Translations under genes and position numbers: made by a program
From: Bacteriovoracaceae bacterium
GTDB taxonomy: Bacteria; Bdellovibrionota; Bacteriovoracia; Bacteriovoracales; Bacteriovoracaceae
Assembly (NCBI GenBank): GCA_041586955.1
Contig: JBFGZE010000043.1
Location: 1 to 26,266 of the forward strand
Direction of reading: 5' to 3'
Length of the DNA: 26,266 nucleotides
Notes under the pieces: model-generated
What the model was told of the DNA's origin: nothing
The model's input: the letters and a program-made list of their open reading frames with translations, nothing else
The model's database searches: none
Part shown: in pieces, positions 25,005 through 26,266 of the stretch
Layout: every line of letters begins with the position of its first letter
Numbering within the stretch: position 1 is the stretch's first letter

Positions 25005-26266
25005 ATGAAAGACTTTCAGATAATATTAGCGGCAATTACAAGTATTATTCTATTTATTTTCGGGTTAGAAAATTTTTCCAAAGAAGTTCAGCGAATTACA
25101 GGAGAAAAATTTCGAAAATTTTTAGGGAGGGCGACCAGGTTTTCCAGTATCGGGTTATTAATTGGTGCTGTTGTTACCGCCTTTATTCAATCCAGTTCTG
25201 CCACTTCAGTTATTGCCATCAGTTTGGTCAATGCCGGTGTCCTTTCATTTAAAAATAGTGTCGGAATTATTTTTGGTGCCAATATTGGTACAACCGTTAC
25301 TGCTCAACTGGTAGCTTTTAAACTAACGTCTTTTGCACCTGTTTTTATTATCCTTGGTTTCATTTTATCTTTCATTAGGTCAAAGTATTCAATTTTTGCA
25401 AAATCTCTTTTTTATTTTGGTTTTGTATTTTTTAGTCTCAATTTAATTTCTACCTCCTTAGCGCCGCTTCAGGATGATGTAAGGTTGATTGGATTTCTCA
25501 CTAGACCTCAGAATGTCTTTTTAGGCGTGTTAGTCGGAGGTCTAATCACGGCAGTTGTGCAATCTAGTTCGGTCACAACTGGGCTTGCCATTATTTTTAC
25601 CCAACAGGGACTTTTGAGTTTAGGAAATGCAATCCCTATTTTAATGGGAGCGAATATTGGCACAACATTTACTGCTCTTATATCAATTATCAATATGGAT
25701 ATTGCTGCTAAAAAAACCGCATTGGCACACTTTCTATTCAATCTGGGAGGCGTTCTTATTTTTCTCCCTTTGGTAATGTACTGGGGGGATAAGTTTCCAT
25801 TGTTTTCAACAGACCCAGCCATCGCTCTTGCAAACTTTCATCTCGCATTTAATTTAATTGCAAGCTTAGCATTCTTGGCGATACTTAAACCATTTACTTC
25901 TTTTATCGACAAAATTATGGGAGAAGGGAAAATGGATTTTCAAAGATGTGATCTTAGTTTTTTTAGCTCCGAAAAAAACTTTATTCAAATTGAAAGTAAT
26001 CTTTTAGCTAATCTTAATTATACTTACTCATTCGTGCAGGAAACCTATAATTTGGTTACTTTGAGTATTGAAACAAATTACAAAGGTGTCTATGAAGCTG
26101 CTAAGAAAAGAATAGAATACTTTGAATTTTTTAGAACAGAGCTTTTAGGTTTTTTTTCCTCTTTCATTGGAAATTGTAATGATGAAGAAGAAATTTCAGA
26201 CTTGGTTAAAATTATGGCCAAATATGAATACCTTTTTCAAGTACATGACTCAGTAAAGGATATAGC
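25005..26266 (+). CDS. Na/Pi cotransporter family protein (NptA/YjbB-like), running off the window end
   Basis: ATG 25005 opens a frame with no stop before the end: MKDFQIILAA...IQSSSATS...GANIGTT.TA...VQSSSVTT...MGANIGTT.TA...AHFLFN. Absent from the ORF track because it has no stop. Confidence 0.92.
   Translation, partial: MKDFQIILAAITSIILFIFGLENFSKEVQRITGEKFRKFLGRATRFSSIGLLIGAVVTAFIQSSSATSVIAISLVNAGVLSFKNSVGIIFGANIGTTVTAQLVAFKLTSFAPVFIILGFILSFIRSKYSIFAKSLFYFGFVFFSLNLISTSLAPLQDDVRLIGFLTRPQNVFLGVLVGGLITAVVQSSSVTTGLAIIFTQQGLLSLGNAIPILMGANIGTTFTALISIINMDIAAKKTALAHFLFNLGGVLIFLPLVMYWGDKFPLFSTDPAIALANFHLAFNLIASLAFLAILKPFTSFIDKIMGEGKMDFQRCDLSFFSSEKNFIQIESNLLANLNYTYSFVQETYNLVTLSIETNYKGVYEAAKKRIEYFEFFRTELLGFFSSFIGNCNDEEEISDLVKIMAKYEYLFQVHDSVKDI

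Noticed and set aside
19771..25822. Antisense or alternate-frame ORFs such as 19771-20304, 22099-22377, 24076-24519 and 25508-25822 (and similar short ones elsewhere)
   Set aside because: They are shadows of well-supported genes on the opposite strand or frame, with no independent motifs.

Overview
AT-rich bacterial DNA with no rRNA, tRNA, CRISPR or intact mobile element. The gene style suggests Bdellovibrionota/Bacteriovoracaceae, but that is inference only. The window reads as an accessory salt, ion and stress island. The left half (1-11 kb) holds a double solute-binding-protein fusion, two stand-alone PqqD/RRE-like paralogs, an MltD-like LysM lytic transglycosylase, an NhaR-like LysR regulator, a small UvrD-C-terminal-like Tudor protein, an HDAC-family deacetylase, a divergent CarD-like protein and an orphan AblB-like acetyltransferase. 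Five intergenic regions between these genes share a repeated palindrome, TT(C/A)G-N7-C(G/T)AA, a probable LysR operator that would tie them into one regulon. The right half is a long + strand run: a collapsed ackA/phosphoketolase remnant fused in frame to a helix-hairpin-helix protein, then an AstE/AspA deacylase, MFS, lipoprotein, USP, CNNM/DUF21, a collapsed DASS remnant, MscS-like, MgtE_N-CBS and MgtE. It is followed by a P-type ATPase plus signal-less HtrA-like protease on the - strand and a partial Na/Pi cotransporter. All family calls come from motif recognition by eye; no database searches were run.
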